Program-made: the position numbers and the translations under genes | The notes under the pieces: generated by a model | The model's database searches: none | Told to the model about the DNA's origin: nothing | What the model saw: only the letters and a program-made list of their open reading frames with translations | Source: Azolla caroliniana | Lineage: Eukaryota; Plantae; Polypodiophyta | NCBI GenBank assembly: GCA_043228905.1 | Contig: JBHGNT010000004.1 | Coordinates: forward strand, 13,454,001-13,518,000 | Direction of reading: 5' to 3' | DNA: 64,000 nt | Shown here: piece after piece, positions 1-10,959 of the stretch | Layout of the letters: each line of letters starts with the position of its first letter | Numbering within the stretch: the stretch's first letter is position 1

Positions 1-1755
1 ATACAATGAGTACATGGCGCATCACTATGCGTACATGATGCGTGTAGCGGAAGTGCGTGAGCCGGAGACCTACACAGAAGCGGTGAAGGACGCAAATTGG
101 CGTGACGCAATGGAGGAAAAGATGCGTGCATTGGCAGAGAATGAAACCTGGGACCTGGTTGACGCACTGAAGGGTGTGAAGCCGATTGGATGTAGGTGGG
201 TGTACAAGGTCAAGTACAACACCGACGGCTCGGTCAACTGATACAAGGCCCGGTTAGTAGCGAAAGGCTACGTGCAGAAGCATGATGTGGACTATGATGA
301 GACCTTCGCGCCTCTCGCGAAGATGACTACCGTGCGTGTTCAGCTAGCCGTAGCAGCGGCGAAGGGGTGACATTTACATCAGATGGATGTCAAGAATACG
401 TTCCGGCAAGGCGAGCTTGAGGAACAGGTGTACATGGTACAACCCCTCAGATTTCACTTCGGAATGAACACCTCGGTGGTCTGCCGGCTGAAGAAGTCCC
501 TTTAGGGAACTAAAGCAAGCCCCGCGTGCTTGGAACGCAAAAATCACGCAACGATTGCATCAGATGGGATTTGCGACGTCCAAATCGGACTCTTCATTGT
601 TCATTCGGCAAGGTCGACTCGGGCCGGTTAGTATTTTACTTTATGTTGATGACTTCGTCATCACCGGCACCGACCTAGGTGAAATTGACCGCGTAAAGCT
701 CCAGCTCGCGACATCATTTGACATGAAGGATTTGGGGGACCTTCATTTCTTCCTCGAGATCGATGTGATCTGTACCCCCGAAGGCATACTAATCAGCCAA
801 TGGCATTACTGCTGGGTATGCTCTTCAAGTTCGGGATGGCATATTGTAAATCTGTCTCGACTCCTCTGGATAGAACCGTCAAGCTTAGCGCCGACTCCGG
901 GAAGGTTTGCGACCCGAAGAGGTTCCGACAAATTGTCGGAATCCTCATCCACTTGACTGTCACTTGACCAGACCTCAGTTACCCGGTCAATGTGATTAGT
1001 CAGTTCATGGCGCAACCAACCGAGGAGCACCTTCAGTGCACACAACGTGTACTCTGGTACGTCAGTGGCACTAAAGACCGAGGGCTACTATATCAGACCG
1101 ATATTGCCGCGCAGTTAGTCAGCTACACCGATGCTGATTGGGCTAGAAACGTTGGCGATCGCCGATCCACATCCGGATTCGCGTTCTTTCTTGGGAGCGC
1201 TGCGATCGCGTGGAGAGTAGCAAGAAGCAGCTGACAGTTGCACTGTCGAGCACCGAAGCCGAGTATAGAGGAGCGGTTGTCGCAACATGCGAAGCCATCT
1301 GGCTGAAACGGCTACTTAAGGATTTGCGGGTGGAGGTGTCCGATCCGACGACGATCTACTGCGACAACCTCAGCAACATCCAGTTAGTGAAGAACCCTGT
1401 CTTCCACACCCGGACTAAGCACATTGAGGTGCACTACCACTTTGTCTGCGAGCGTGTCCTCTCCGGTCAAGTCGAACTTGGGTATGGTCCGACGGATCGG
1501 CAAACCGCCGACATTTTCACCAAGCCCCTTGGTCTCGACAAGTTGTGGCAATTCTTGGGTGCGCTTGGGTTGCGACACCTCGATGTGCCAAACTTGAGGG
1601 AGAGAGAAGTCCCGGAAGACCACGGAAGGGAGCAGGAAAGGAACGGAAGACACCGTGACGCCGATTCGGATGACGAATTTGATTTCGGGTCGGATGAAGA
1701 AGCCGAGCGCGGATCCGTGAAAGAGTCTGAAAGTGGACGTGAGGGCAGCAACTGA
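1..1755 (+). pseudogene. Copia RT-RNaseH, disrupted
   Basis: ORF fragments 14-241, 555-956, 992-1234 and 1210-1755 in different frames carry consecutive Copia RT/RH motifs. Confidence 0.9.
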
Positions 1756-2127
1756 AAGAGAGAGCCGAAGCCAGCCAAGCATGGGGTAGATGAAGCCAAC
1801 AAGGGCGAGAAGATTAAACACGAGTGGGACACAACCAACTCGAACGTGAGCGAAAAACGATCGGAGGAAGTTGATTTTGTTCGGATGTTTGATTCGGAGA
1901 TGCCGAATCAACCGAGGGCCAAGCGGAAGAAAGGGTAGCCGAAGAGGCGCCAACACCGCGACAACAAGTGAGCTGAGAAGGGCCGCACGAACACACACAC
2001 TGACCGGAAGGGTCGAGGCACGTGGAATCGAACAGGTCGAGGAGTGCGAGCAAGGCATGAAGCTAGAAGAAACCGGAGCGGTGATCCGGAAGAACCAGAA
2101 GAGCCTCAAGTTGAGCTTGAGGGGGAG

Positions 2128-2452
2128 TGTTGAGATACAAGCTCAACATTGGCCGGATCGGCTGTGCAAGCCGAGAACCGGATTGGTTAGGCCGGACCAG
2201 TGCGTAAACCGGGTGCGTAAACCGGTGCACAAACCGGTGCGCAACGAGAAGTCGTAGCGGTGCGTAAACCGCGAGGCCGTTGGAAGATATTTTGCGTAGG
2301 AATATATGTTGAGGAGTTAGTGTAGGGCTCAGTTATGAGCATTGAAGTACGTGTAGTACTTCTGTTAGTCCGTATGGACTTCTATAAAAGTGCTCACTGA
2401 GCATATTCTATGTACAGATTGAGTATTATTTTTTGAATAGAGTTGTGTGTAT

Positions 2453-2490
<38 letters not shown>

Positions 2491-2577
2491 GTACTGTGTG
2501 TGTGTCCAAGCTCTCAATTAAACCTGTGTTTTCCTACGTTCTGCTTTCTGTTGCTTCCGCACATTGTTCCTTTCACA
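2128..2577 (+). repeat. 3' LTR of Copia A
   Basis: TG...CA ends directly after the PPT; TATAAAA at about 2383; (CT)n tract; similar to the LTR at 38419-38909. Confidence 0.8.
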
Positions 2578-3850
2578 ATTGTCTTCTTATTCCTTGATTG
2601 CATAGAAAATCAGAAAATTCATTTGAGAAGTACTCTCCTCCTCCATCAAATCTTAAACATTTTATTCTAGTTCCAGCTTGCTTTTCTACCATGCATTTAA
2701 ACTTATGAAAGCAATCAAATACTTCACTTTTCTCTTTCATGAAGTAAACCCATGTTTTCCTTGAGCAATCATCAATAAATGTTACATAAAACTTACATCC
2801 ACTAATTGATGCATTTTTTTGTTGGTCCCCATAACATCTGTATGTACCAAATCCAACAAAAGTTTGCTTACATGTATTTCATGAGGGAAAGGCAACCTGT
2901 TTTGCTTTCCATATTGACATGCTTCACATATTTTGCTCATCTCACAATCTTTCAACTTAGGCAGTCTAGCCACTGCATTTTTCCTCAACATATTTTTCAA
3001 TGTTTGCATACTTATGTGACTGATTCTTTTATGCCACATTTCCACATCTGAGATTACATTCATTCCTTCTGCAAACATGGCTGTAATCTTTTTAGGGATA
3101 TCCACATCCAAAACAAAAATTCTTCCTTGTTGTTTCCCTTTTGCAATGAGCTTTCCATTTTTCTCTATAAAGCATCCATTTTGCTTAAACTTCACTTGCA
3201 TTCCTTGCTCCACTATCTGTCCAACAGAAATCAGATTTTTTGCAAGGTTTGGAACATGCATCACATTCAACATATACTTTGTTTTCCCTTTTTCCTCCCA
3301 CAATGGGATATCTCCAACATGCTCCATTTGGTGAGTAATATTATCACTTGTTTGTACATAACCAGGAATATCTGGTTCTCTTAGACTTTCAAACCAGTTT
3401 GCATGTCTTGTCATATGATTAGATGCCCTAGAATCTACATACCACATAAACTCTTCATTGCATCGTTGTGAACATTCAGCCATTGCTGCTGTTTCATGTT
3501 GCACCACAAATGCACCATCTTTATCAGTCTTCACTGGTTGAGGCATAATTATTTTGCTATCTCTTCCCTCTTTTTTCATCATTTTGCTTTTTATAACATT
3601 CAGCTTGTGTATGGCCTAGTTTTCCACAATACCAATAACCATCATCATTTAAATAAGTTTGCTTACCTCTGCCTCGATTGCTCCCCCTGCCTCTGATGTT
3701 GTTTCTTCCACTTATAGCTTGTTGTCCTCTTCCTTGATAATTGTTGTTGGTTCTGGCTAAACCAAATCTTCCATGGCCTCTTCCTCGGCCTCTTCCAGCA
3801 CTATTGTAGAGGGCTTGCCCCTCAGTCTCAGAGTTTCCTTTGTTTACGTC
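2578..3850 (-). pseudogene. Copia B gag C-terminus, protease and integrase N-terminus
   Basis: ORF 2782-3582 with degenerate DSGA protease motif and HHCC zinc-finger residues; frameshifted. Confidence 0.85.
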
Positions 3851-4054
3851 TGTTGAGAGTCAAACTCAACTTCCCATAGATAGGTTTCACACTAGCTCAT
3901 GGACATGTTGGGCTAGTTTTGTAAATAGTAGAAAGGTCACTTGCCCTAGCTTAGTTGGTATATAAACCAACGCATTGTAACTTAGTTGTAGTTGGATGTT
4001 TTATGTTTTGATGTAATTTTGGTTAATAGACAGTTTGCCTATCTCTGTCGTAAG

Positions 4055-4089
<35 letters not shown>

Positions 4090-4170
4090 TGTGTGTGTGT
4101 CTTGAGACACACACACACACACTCATCTTCTGCTGCATTACAACCACTCTTGCCTCTTCATTTCTTCACA
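3851..4170 (+). repeat. 5' LTR of Copia C
   Basis: TGTTGAGAGTC...TTCACA; direct repeat of 16236-16556 with several substitutions; (CT)n and (CA)n tracts. Confidence 0.95.
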
Positions 4171-4271
4171 TGGTATCAGAGCGAGTGGTTGCCTGATCAA
4201 GCCTATTCGACTGTGTTGTGCTGCACGCTGACGATCAACAGAACCGGCCCATCGACAGAGAAGAAATCATC

Positions 4272-7200
4272 ATGAATACTCAAATGGGAAGTGCTCTTCC
4301 TACCGAGAAGCTCGATAGAAGTCTTTGCATCTTGGGAATACAAGATGCATCAATACCTTTTCGGACAAGGCTATTGGAGCTACATCGAAGGAGCTCACGA
4401 ATCACACCCCAACCCAACACACGCTGACTATCCCGCTTGGGAGCAGGCCGTGTGTTGTATTGACTTGCATCATGCGTTCATGGTCATATGCTTGACTACA
4501 TTCGAGAGGCAAAAACGCCGAAGCAGGCGTGGGAAAACCTCAAGAAGATCTTCGCAGCCAATACGGCCGCACGAAAGCTCCAACATCGATAGGAGTTGAA
4601 CAATCTTCAACAAAGAGACACCTCAATCGGCAACTACACCTTAAAGATCAAGGAGTTGTGCGATGCCCTTGGATCAATCAATGCTAGCATTGACGACGAA
4701 GAAATGGTGCCGATATGCCTCGGTGGCCTCGCACCGCGATTTGGTGCAATAAGATCGGTCGTTCTCGCGAGATAGAATCCTCCTTCCTTTTTTGATCTCC
4801 AATCGTTATTATTGGTTGAAGAGAATCACGTGCGTCAAAGGAACAATGCACACGAAGGACAGATGCTAAATTCGAACTTTGATGGAGGAAGAGGACAGGG
4901 TCACAGCAGGAGAGGCCAATACGACCAAGGTCTACACAATCAACATTGTAACTCCCACCAATGGCAAGCGGACAGAAACGGCCCCAGAGAGTTTGGCGGA
5001 AGGGGGAGTCATCACGCTGGACCAAGCAACTGTAGGAACCCAGTTGAGTGCGGGTACTGCGGAAAACCCAACCACTACGAAGAGGAGTGTTGGAAGAAGA
5101 AGCGTGAGCAAGGCCGACAACTAATAAATTACGCCACGAACTCCGACTATGGCGATTGCGGTGGAATGTTCATAATGAAACACGAAGCGCACTCAATGTC
5201 CGCACTTGTGTCAACTATCGATTCCACCCTGAACAACGTATGGTTTGTCGATTCGGGAGCATCCAATCACATGACATCCCATGAAGATTGGTTTCGGGAA
5301 CTACGGAAGCCCGAACATCCCGGATATGTCGAAAGAGGAGATGACATGACTCACCCAATATAGCACATCGGGAACGTCCCATTCGGAAATGACGAAAAAC
5401 AGACCTACCTCAAGAACGCGTTGCATGTCCCCACCATTACAAAAAACCTGGTCTCAGTCGGCCAGATTGTCGAACAAGGAATGCAAGTACGCTTCAATAA
5501 TGATGGATGCTTCATCGAAAGGGGCGATCAAGTCATAGCTCAAGGCCTTCGAGAAGGCCGTATGTTCATCCTCGAATCAAACGAGGTAATGTCGGCCATG
5601 TATGCAAAGGGCTTGAAAGTCTAAACCGATTTAAAACTGTGGCACAAGAGAATCGGCCACATTAATCTCCAAAAACTACAAAACATGCAATCGAAAGGAG
5701 TCGTAATCAGACTCCCGAACTTTACAGTGAAGGAGATTACAGGCATATGCGAAGCATGTCAGTTCGGAAAGCAACACCATCACCCATTCCCTAAAGAGCG
5801 GAATGTGAGAAAAGGAATCCTGGATGTTATACATTCAGATGTGTGGGGACCAGTTCAGATAGCAACATTCGGCGGATGCCGATACTATGTCACGTTCATC
5901 GACAACTTGTCGAGGAACACCTGGATCTATCCGATGAAGCAGAAGAGTGAAGTGTTCAGGCACTTCCAGACATTCAAAGCCGAAGTCGAAAAAACTATGG
6001 GATGGCATGTACAATGTCTTCGATTAGATGGAGGCAAAGAATATTTTTCGGATGAATTTTCAGCGTATCTCCGAAAATATGGAATCCGACGGAAGTTCTC
6101 GTGTCGACACATGCCTCAACAAAACGGTGTAGCAGAGTGTAAAAATCGTCATGTAGTAGAAGTCGCACGATCCATGGTGAACGAGAAGAACCTGCCGAAA
6201 TCATATTGGGCAGAAGTGGCAAATACAGCCGTATATCTCATGAACAAGTGCACAACCTCGAGAGTACACACTATAACTACGCATGAGAAGTTCTTTGGAA
6301 AGAAGCCGGATTTGTCACATGCCCGCATTTTTAGTTCTATCGCCTACGTACATATTCCCGACGATATGAGGCAAAAGCTTGACCCAAAGTTAGAGAAATG
6401 TATCCTCGTAGGATACTCACTCGAATAGAAGGGGTACAAATGCTATAACCCAGCTACTCGTAAGGTTCAAACAAGTCAAGACGTAGTCTTCGACAAATAC
6501 GCATCCTGGTACGCACCAGAGAACACTTCAACTCCAACCCCGCTCGATGCTGATGACACTGAAATAGAAATAGAAATAGCCCAATTATGAAATGGCTAAG
6601 TGGGCCATCAGAGCTGCCGAACGATGAAAGCACATCTCGGCCAAGTCTGAAGTTGGACAAAGGGAAGGCGAAAATGTGGGAATATGAAGATCAGGAAGAG
6701 ATCGAGATGCTTCACTCTCTTGATAGTAAATTTGAAGATCTCGACATCCGCATAGATGGAGCGAAGAAAGCCATACTCCCCACGGATCGAGAGCTACGCC
6801 GATCCACACGTGCAAAGAACCCCGTAAAGCGCTATGGCTATGACGAATACATGGCGTATCACTACGCTTTTATGATGAAAGTAGCGTCAGTACGGGAACC
6901 GGAAACGCTTTTTGAAGCCGCAAAGGATCCGCGATGGGTCGATGGGATGAATGAGGAGATGGAAGTTTTATGCAAAAATGAGACATGGGATCTCGTTCCT
7001 CTCCCTCCAAGCAAGAAAGAGATTGGCTGCAGATGGATATACAAAGTAAAATACAATTCCAACGGATCCGTAAATCGCTTCAAAGCACGGCTCGTTGCGA
7101 AAGGCTATGCGCAAACGCATGACATAGACTACGAAGAAACCTTTGCCCCGGTGGCAAAGATGACAACTGTACGGACAGTAATTGCACTCGCCGCAGCGAA

Positions 7201-7662
7201 GGGATGACACCTCCACCAGATGGACGTGAAAAATGCTTTCCTCCAAGGAGAGTTAGAAGAAGAGGTGTACGTGATACAACCACCCGGATTCGAATAGCAT
7301 AAACATCCGCATGCCGTATGTTGACTCAAGAAGCCACTCTACGGCCTCAAACAAGCACCGCGTGCTTGGCATTCGAAGATCACACAATATCTTCATCAAG
7401 TCGGATTTTGGATGTCAAAATCTGATATTTCTCTGTACATCCGAAATGAGTTGGATAGCCCGATCATCATCATCCTATACGTGGATGACTTGGTCATCGG
7501 AGGAAAGGATCTCGCCGAGATCAACAAAGTCAAAACACTTCTCTCTGGTAGATTCGAAATGAAAGACCTGCATGAACTCCATTACTTCCTAGGCATTAAA
7601 GTAATTTGGACACCAATCGGGATAATGATCTCACAACGACACTATGTCCTTAACTTACTCTA
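4272..7662 (+). pseudogene. Copia C gag-protease-integrase-RT (5' part), disrupted
   Basis: Zinc knuckle CGYCGKPNHYEEEC, WFVDSGASNH, integrase HSDVWGP / LDGGKEY / QQNGVAE, RT LYVDD; many TAG/TGA stops. Confidence 0.9.
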
Positions 7663-7695
7663 AACACCGGGTCATTTGAAACAGGTAATATGTCG
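7663..7695 (+). repeat. Left TIR AACACCGGGTCATTTGAAACAGGTAATATGTCG
   Basis: Exact reverse complement of 15267-15299. Confidence 0.97.
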
Positions 7696-7989
7696 CATTA
7701 TGAGAACACTACGTCGAAAAAGGGCACAAAAGCACGCAGTTTTCAAAAAGACACGACGCATGCGTAAAGCTTTTCAGAAAAGGTGGCAAAATATATTGAA
7801 TTTCAACATGACTACCACTTTGAGTCATAAGTAAAATGCCTCCAAAAATACATCACCAAAATTACAAAATAATGTACAACATGTCTACCAGTTACAATTA
7901 TACATATTCGTGAGTTTACATCCAAAACAAATTTACAAAGTTTCCGATCATGTAGTAAAACAATCCCCAGCTTGAACCAAACCAATATA

Positions 7990-10662
7990 TTAAGACATGT
8001 CTGATGGACTAGAAGAGCCTTCTGACGTCTCATCCTCATCATCAATGGCAATCAAAGCATTATCCTCATCCAATTCCAACCCAACATCTTTGTGGTTATG
8101 AGAATTGCTTCTGGTTATTCTCTGTATTTCGTTTGACACCATGTTTGGGATTTTCTCCTTTATTATCTTGATAGTTGCTTGTCTTAGATGAGCTGATTTT
8201 GTCAATGAGAAGTCATATACTAGTATGTCAACACGGTCTAGTGCGAGAGTAGCCATGCTCGGTATATTCTTTCTTCTTCTCTTTCTGCTTGAACATCCGA
8301 CATCCTTAACCATCTCTAAAGAATACTTTCCTGTAAATGCATCAGTTGAATTTGTCTGATACCAATGGACTACTATTGACTTTGTCTGACTACTTTCTTC
8401 ATCCCTTACTAATTCAATAATTTTTGCAATCCAAAATGGATGGCCCAAGGTATCGTTCCTTGCTAATGTTGCAACCAACATTCCCACTTGTAGTTCTTGC
8501 AAATTACCTTGCCATCTTGCCTCAACAGTACGTGACTTTCTTGGTCCCACATAAATATCTCTTTGCAGTGGCCGAACTAAATCATGAAGCTCCATATTAT
8601 TCGATTGTTGGTGATGAGTCTGCGATATCGTTGATGTCATCCCAATGTTCCATGTGAATGGGATATGGATTGGCCATAAACCGGCGATGTAATTATCTAA
8701 AATGGTGCGTTGATGGGTGAAGAAAATCTCCCACCATTCAACATCCTCATCACCGGCATACTTCTTAGTCCGATCAATATTATTTTGTTTCTCTGCTAGA
8801 CATCTCAACCAATATGCCCTTTGTTCATCAATAGTACTATTTGGTGCTACATTTTTACGATCATCATATGGCATTTGTTGTGCACCATGTAGAGGTTCAT
8901 CTGGGATATGAAGAAGGAGCCTACAACCTTCTTGGGGCTCCCATTGTGCACTAGATGAGTATTGTTTTGCAAACAACACCATCATCTTCAGGTGGGCCGA
9001 TCTTTGTTTTATGAGGAAGACATGGTTGAAACTTATATTATTAAGAGGTGCAAGCACCCTACCTTTAGTCCCGTCACTATCCATGCAGAAACGTTTAAAG
9101 TCGTATACTTCTTCCAAGTGTTGTACTTCAGGCTTTGGTGTATATGCTTCACTAATCAATTTGGATAGCGTGGGAAGTGTGAAAGCATTACAGCGAGCAA
9201 GTTTCTTTGAGAACCTACTGAACATTTGATCTATGTGATCATGGGTATGACCAACCAACAAGAAGTTAACCTTTATCTTTTTAAATATGCCCCTCTCTAC
9301 TAGCATGCTTAGATAGCCGAAGACAGTTGAGTTCTTATTCTCTCTTGTTGTGTTGTCTAGTTGCACATATAGAACTGGTGGGAGTATACTTGACCATGAT
9401 TGCAATACCCTGTGCATGACAGTGACAGTAAGATTAGGGTCGTTGTGGATATTGGGATAAGTTAAGAATACTTGCGGTCTTATAGTTTGACAGTATGTCA
9501 AACAACCCACTAGATGCATTTGCATGAGACACTCATCTCCAATATCCTTGGGGAGTCTTTGAAAATGCGGCAAACAAGTTTTCTTTTGATCCATGCCGTC
9601 AATAATCATGCACATATACTTTTCGGGAGATTGAAACGCTTTTTGTCGGTGATGCATAGCCTTAGTACGTTCCAATGCCTGACTTTCACGATGTTCTTTT
9701 AACAGGTTCTTGTAATTCTTGATCTCTACATCTGATTTTCCACCCTTGGCCATACTTTTTAAACTCGCACATATTGAGCAGACTCCCATTCGCACCTTTC
9801 GTGGGATAACCACGTTATTAAATTGTAACCTCCATAGTCGATTAAAATGCCTGTACTGTATGTAAGGCTCAACATCGGAAGACATGTCGTCCTTGTACGA
9901 TTGGTAAACTTCCCTTCGAGTAAAGTTATCTGACAAATGAAGTCTTCCTGTCGTTGGCATAACTTCGCACTGTTTTGAAAAATATACCTCCATCCACCTA
10001 ATTGCTTGTTGCCCAATTTGACCCTTACATCCATAACCATTTTGATCGAACTGTACCCAGGAGCCCTTCACCAGTCGCTCTTGAACTCGTTGCAGCCGTA
10101 TATTTCCAATGCTATGAGTGATTTTAAAAGCTGCTCGACAACACTTGGTATATAGTCCAAGGAAATATTCAACTTGCGTTGAATTAGGCCCTGCTTTGTG
10201 ATCCAATTTAAGTTGCATATGCGCAATAAGAAATGTATCTTGCTCTTCCCCATTAAGCGACAAGTATTTTTGTCGTGTTTCACGTAACCTTGACTTTCCA
10301 TAAGTTGATAGACAGAGATTTGCACAACACGATTTGTTCAAGTCGCATAGAAGTTGACGATGAGAACATAGGAAATTAAATCTCTTTTCACTAACTTGTC
10401 GAGGAACTCTTTTAAATGCTAGAGGTTTAGTAATGCTATTGTTATCTATCGACGAAGAATCGTCCGCTTGTAGGCTTGCATGAAGAGGGCCATCAAAAGG
10501 ATCAATTGAAAACAGAGAATTCGAAGTACTAGGAGCCACACTTTTCTGTTTAAGCCGCGAATGTTTTTTGTGGTCGTACTCTTCTATTGAGAAATACGAG
10601 TTATCTGTCAATGAAAAGGGGGCAATAGAAAAAAGAGATGTTCTACTTGTAGAAGAAGACAT
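7990..10662 (-). CDS. Sola1-like DDD transposase, 890 aa, intronless and intact
   Basis: Uninterrupted ORF inside the TIRs. CSIC...H zinc motif and candidate catalytic motifs IIDGMDQ, QLDNTTRENKN and FLLVGHTHDHIDQMFS resemble the Sola1 DN...NKN / GHT pattern. A 4-bp TSD fits Sola. Confidence 0.8.
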   Translation of the reverse strand: MSSSTSRTSLFSIAPFSLTDNSYFSIEEYDHKKHSRLKQKSVAPSTSNSLFSIDPFDGPLHASLQADDSSSIDNNSITKPLAFKRVPRQVSEKRFNFLCSHRQLLCDLNKSCCANLCLSTYGKSRLRETRQKYLSLNGEEQDTFLIAHMQLKLDHKAGPNSTQVEYFLGLYTKCCRAAFKITHSIGNIRLQRVQERLVKGSWVQFDQNGYGCKGQIGQQAIRWMEVYFSKQCEVMPTTGRLHLSDNFTRREVYQSYKDDMSSDVEPYIQYRHFNRLWRLQFNNVVIPRKVRMGVCSICASLKSMAKGGKSDVEIKNYKNLLKEHRESQALERTKAMHHRQKAFQSPEKYMCMIIDGMDQKKTCLPHFQRLPKDIGDECLMQMHLVGCLTYCQTIRPQVFLTYPNIHNDPNLTVTVMHRVLQSWSSILPPVLYVQLDNTTRENKNSTVFGYLSMLVERGIFKKIKVNFLLVGHTHDHIDQMFSRFSKKLARCNAFTLPTLSKLISEAYTPKPEVQHLEEVYDFKRFCMDSDGTKGRVLAPLNNISFNHVFLIKQRSAHLKMMVLFAKQYSSSAQWEPQEGCRLLLHIPDEPLHGAQQMPYDDRKNVAPNSTIDEQRAYWLRCLAEKQNNIDRTKKYAGDEDVEWWEIFFTHQRTILDNYIAGLWPIHIPFTWNIGMTSTISQTHHQQSNNMELHDLVRPLQRDIYVGPRKSRTVEARWQGNLQELQVGMLVATLARNDTLGHPFWIAKIIELVRDEESSQTKSIVVHWYQTNSTDAFTGKYSLEMVKDVGCSSRKRRRKNIPSMATLALDRVDILVYDFSLTKSAHLRQATIKIIKEKIPNMVSNEIQRITRSNSHNHKDVGLELDEDNALIAIDDEDETSEGSSSPSDMS

Positions 10663-10959
10663 TTGAGGGAGTCTAACTGTATTCTAAAACCTTCTTTCAT
10701 GAAAATTAAGGAATGCTAAAGCCTAACTATATAACTACCCGAACACTTAGATTAACTATATTATTTTCCGAAATTTTCCTAAAAAACAAATAATTAAAAA
10801 TTATTTTTTATTTTAAAAAGAATGCTAAAGTCTTCTATATAAGGAGGTTAGAAATTTCATTTTCATTATCACGTGAAAGAATCCATCGAGCTCAGAGCAC
10901 AAGCCAATTTTCGAGCACTCAGAAGCACATCTTGGACAGCACTACCTCCGGCACGAACC
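10663..10959. promoter_or_regulatory. Putative bidirectional promoter between transposase and cargo gene
   Basis: 297-bp AT-rich head-to-head gap with two AATGCTAAAG...CTATATA blocks (about 10712-10733 and 10821-10843). Confidence 0.5.

Larger units (their letters stand above)
1..2577 (+). mobile_element. Ty1/Copia element A, 3' part (RT-RNaseH, PPT, 3' LTR); inserted into Copia B
   Basis: RT motifs (ENETWDLV, LLYVDD) and RNaseH motifs (YTDADWA, STEAEY, KHIEVHYHF) are broken by stops and frameshifts. PPT GAGGGGGAG precedes TGTTGAG at 2128. Its end abuts the integrase region of the minus-strand Copia B. Confidence 0.9.
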
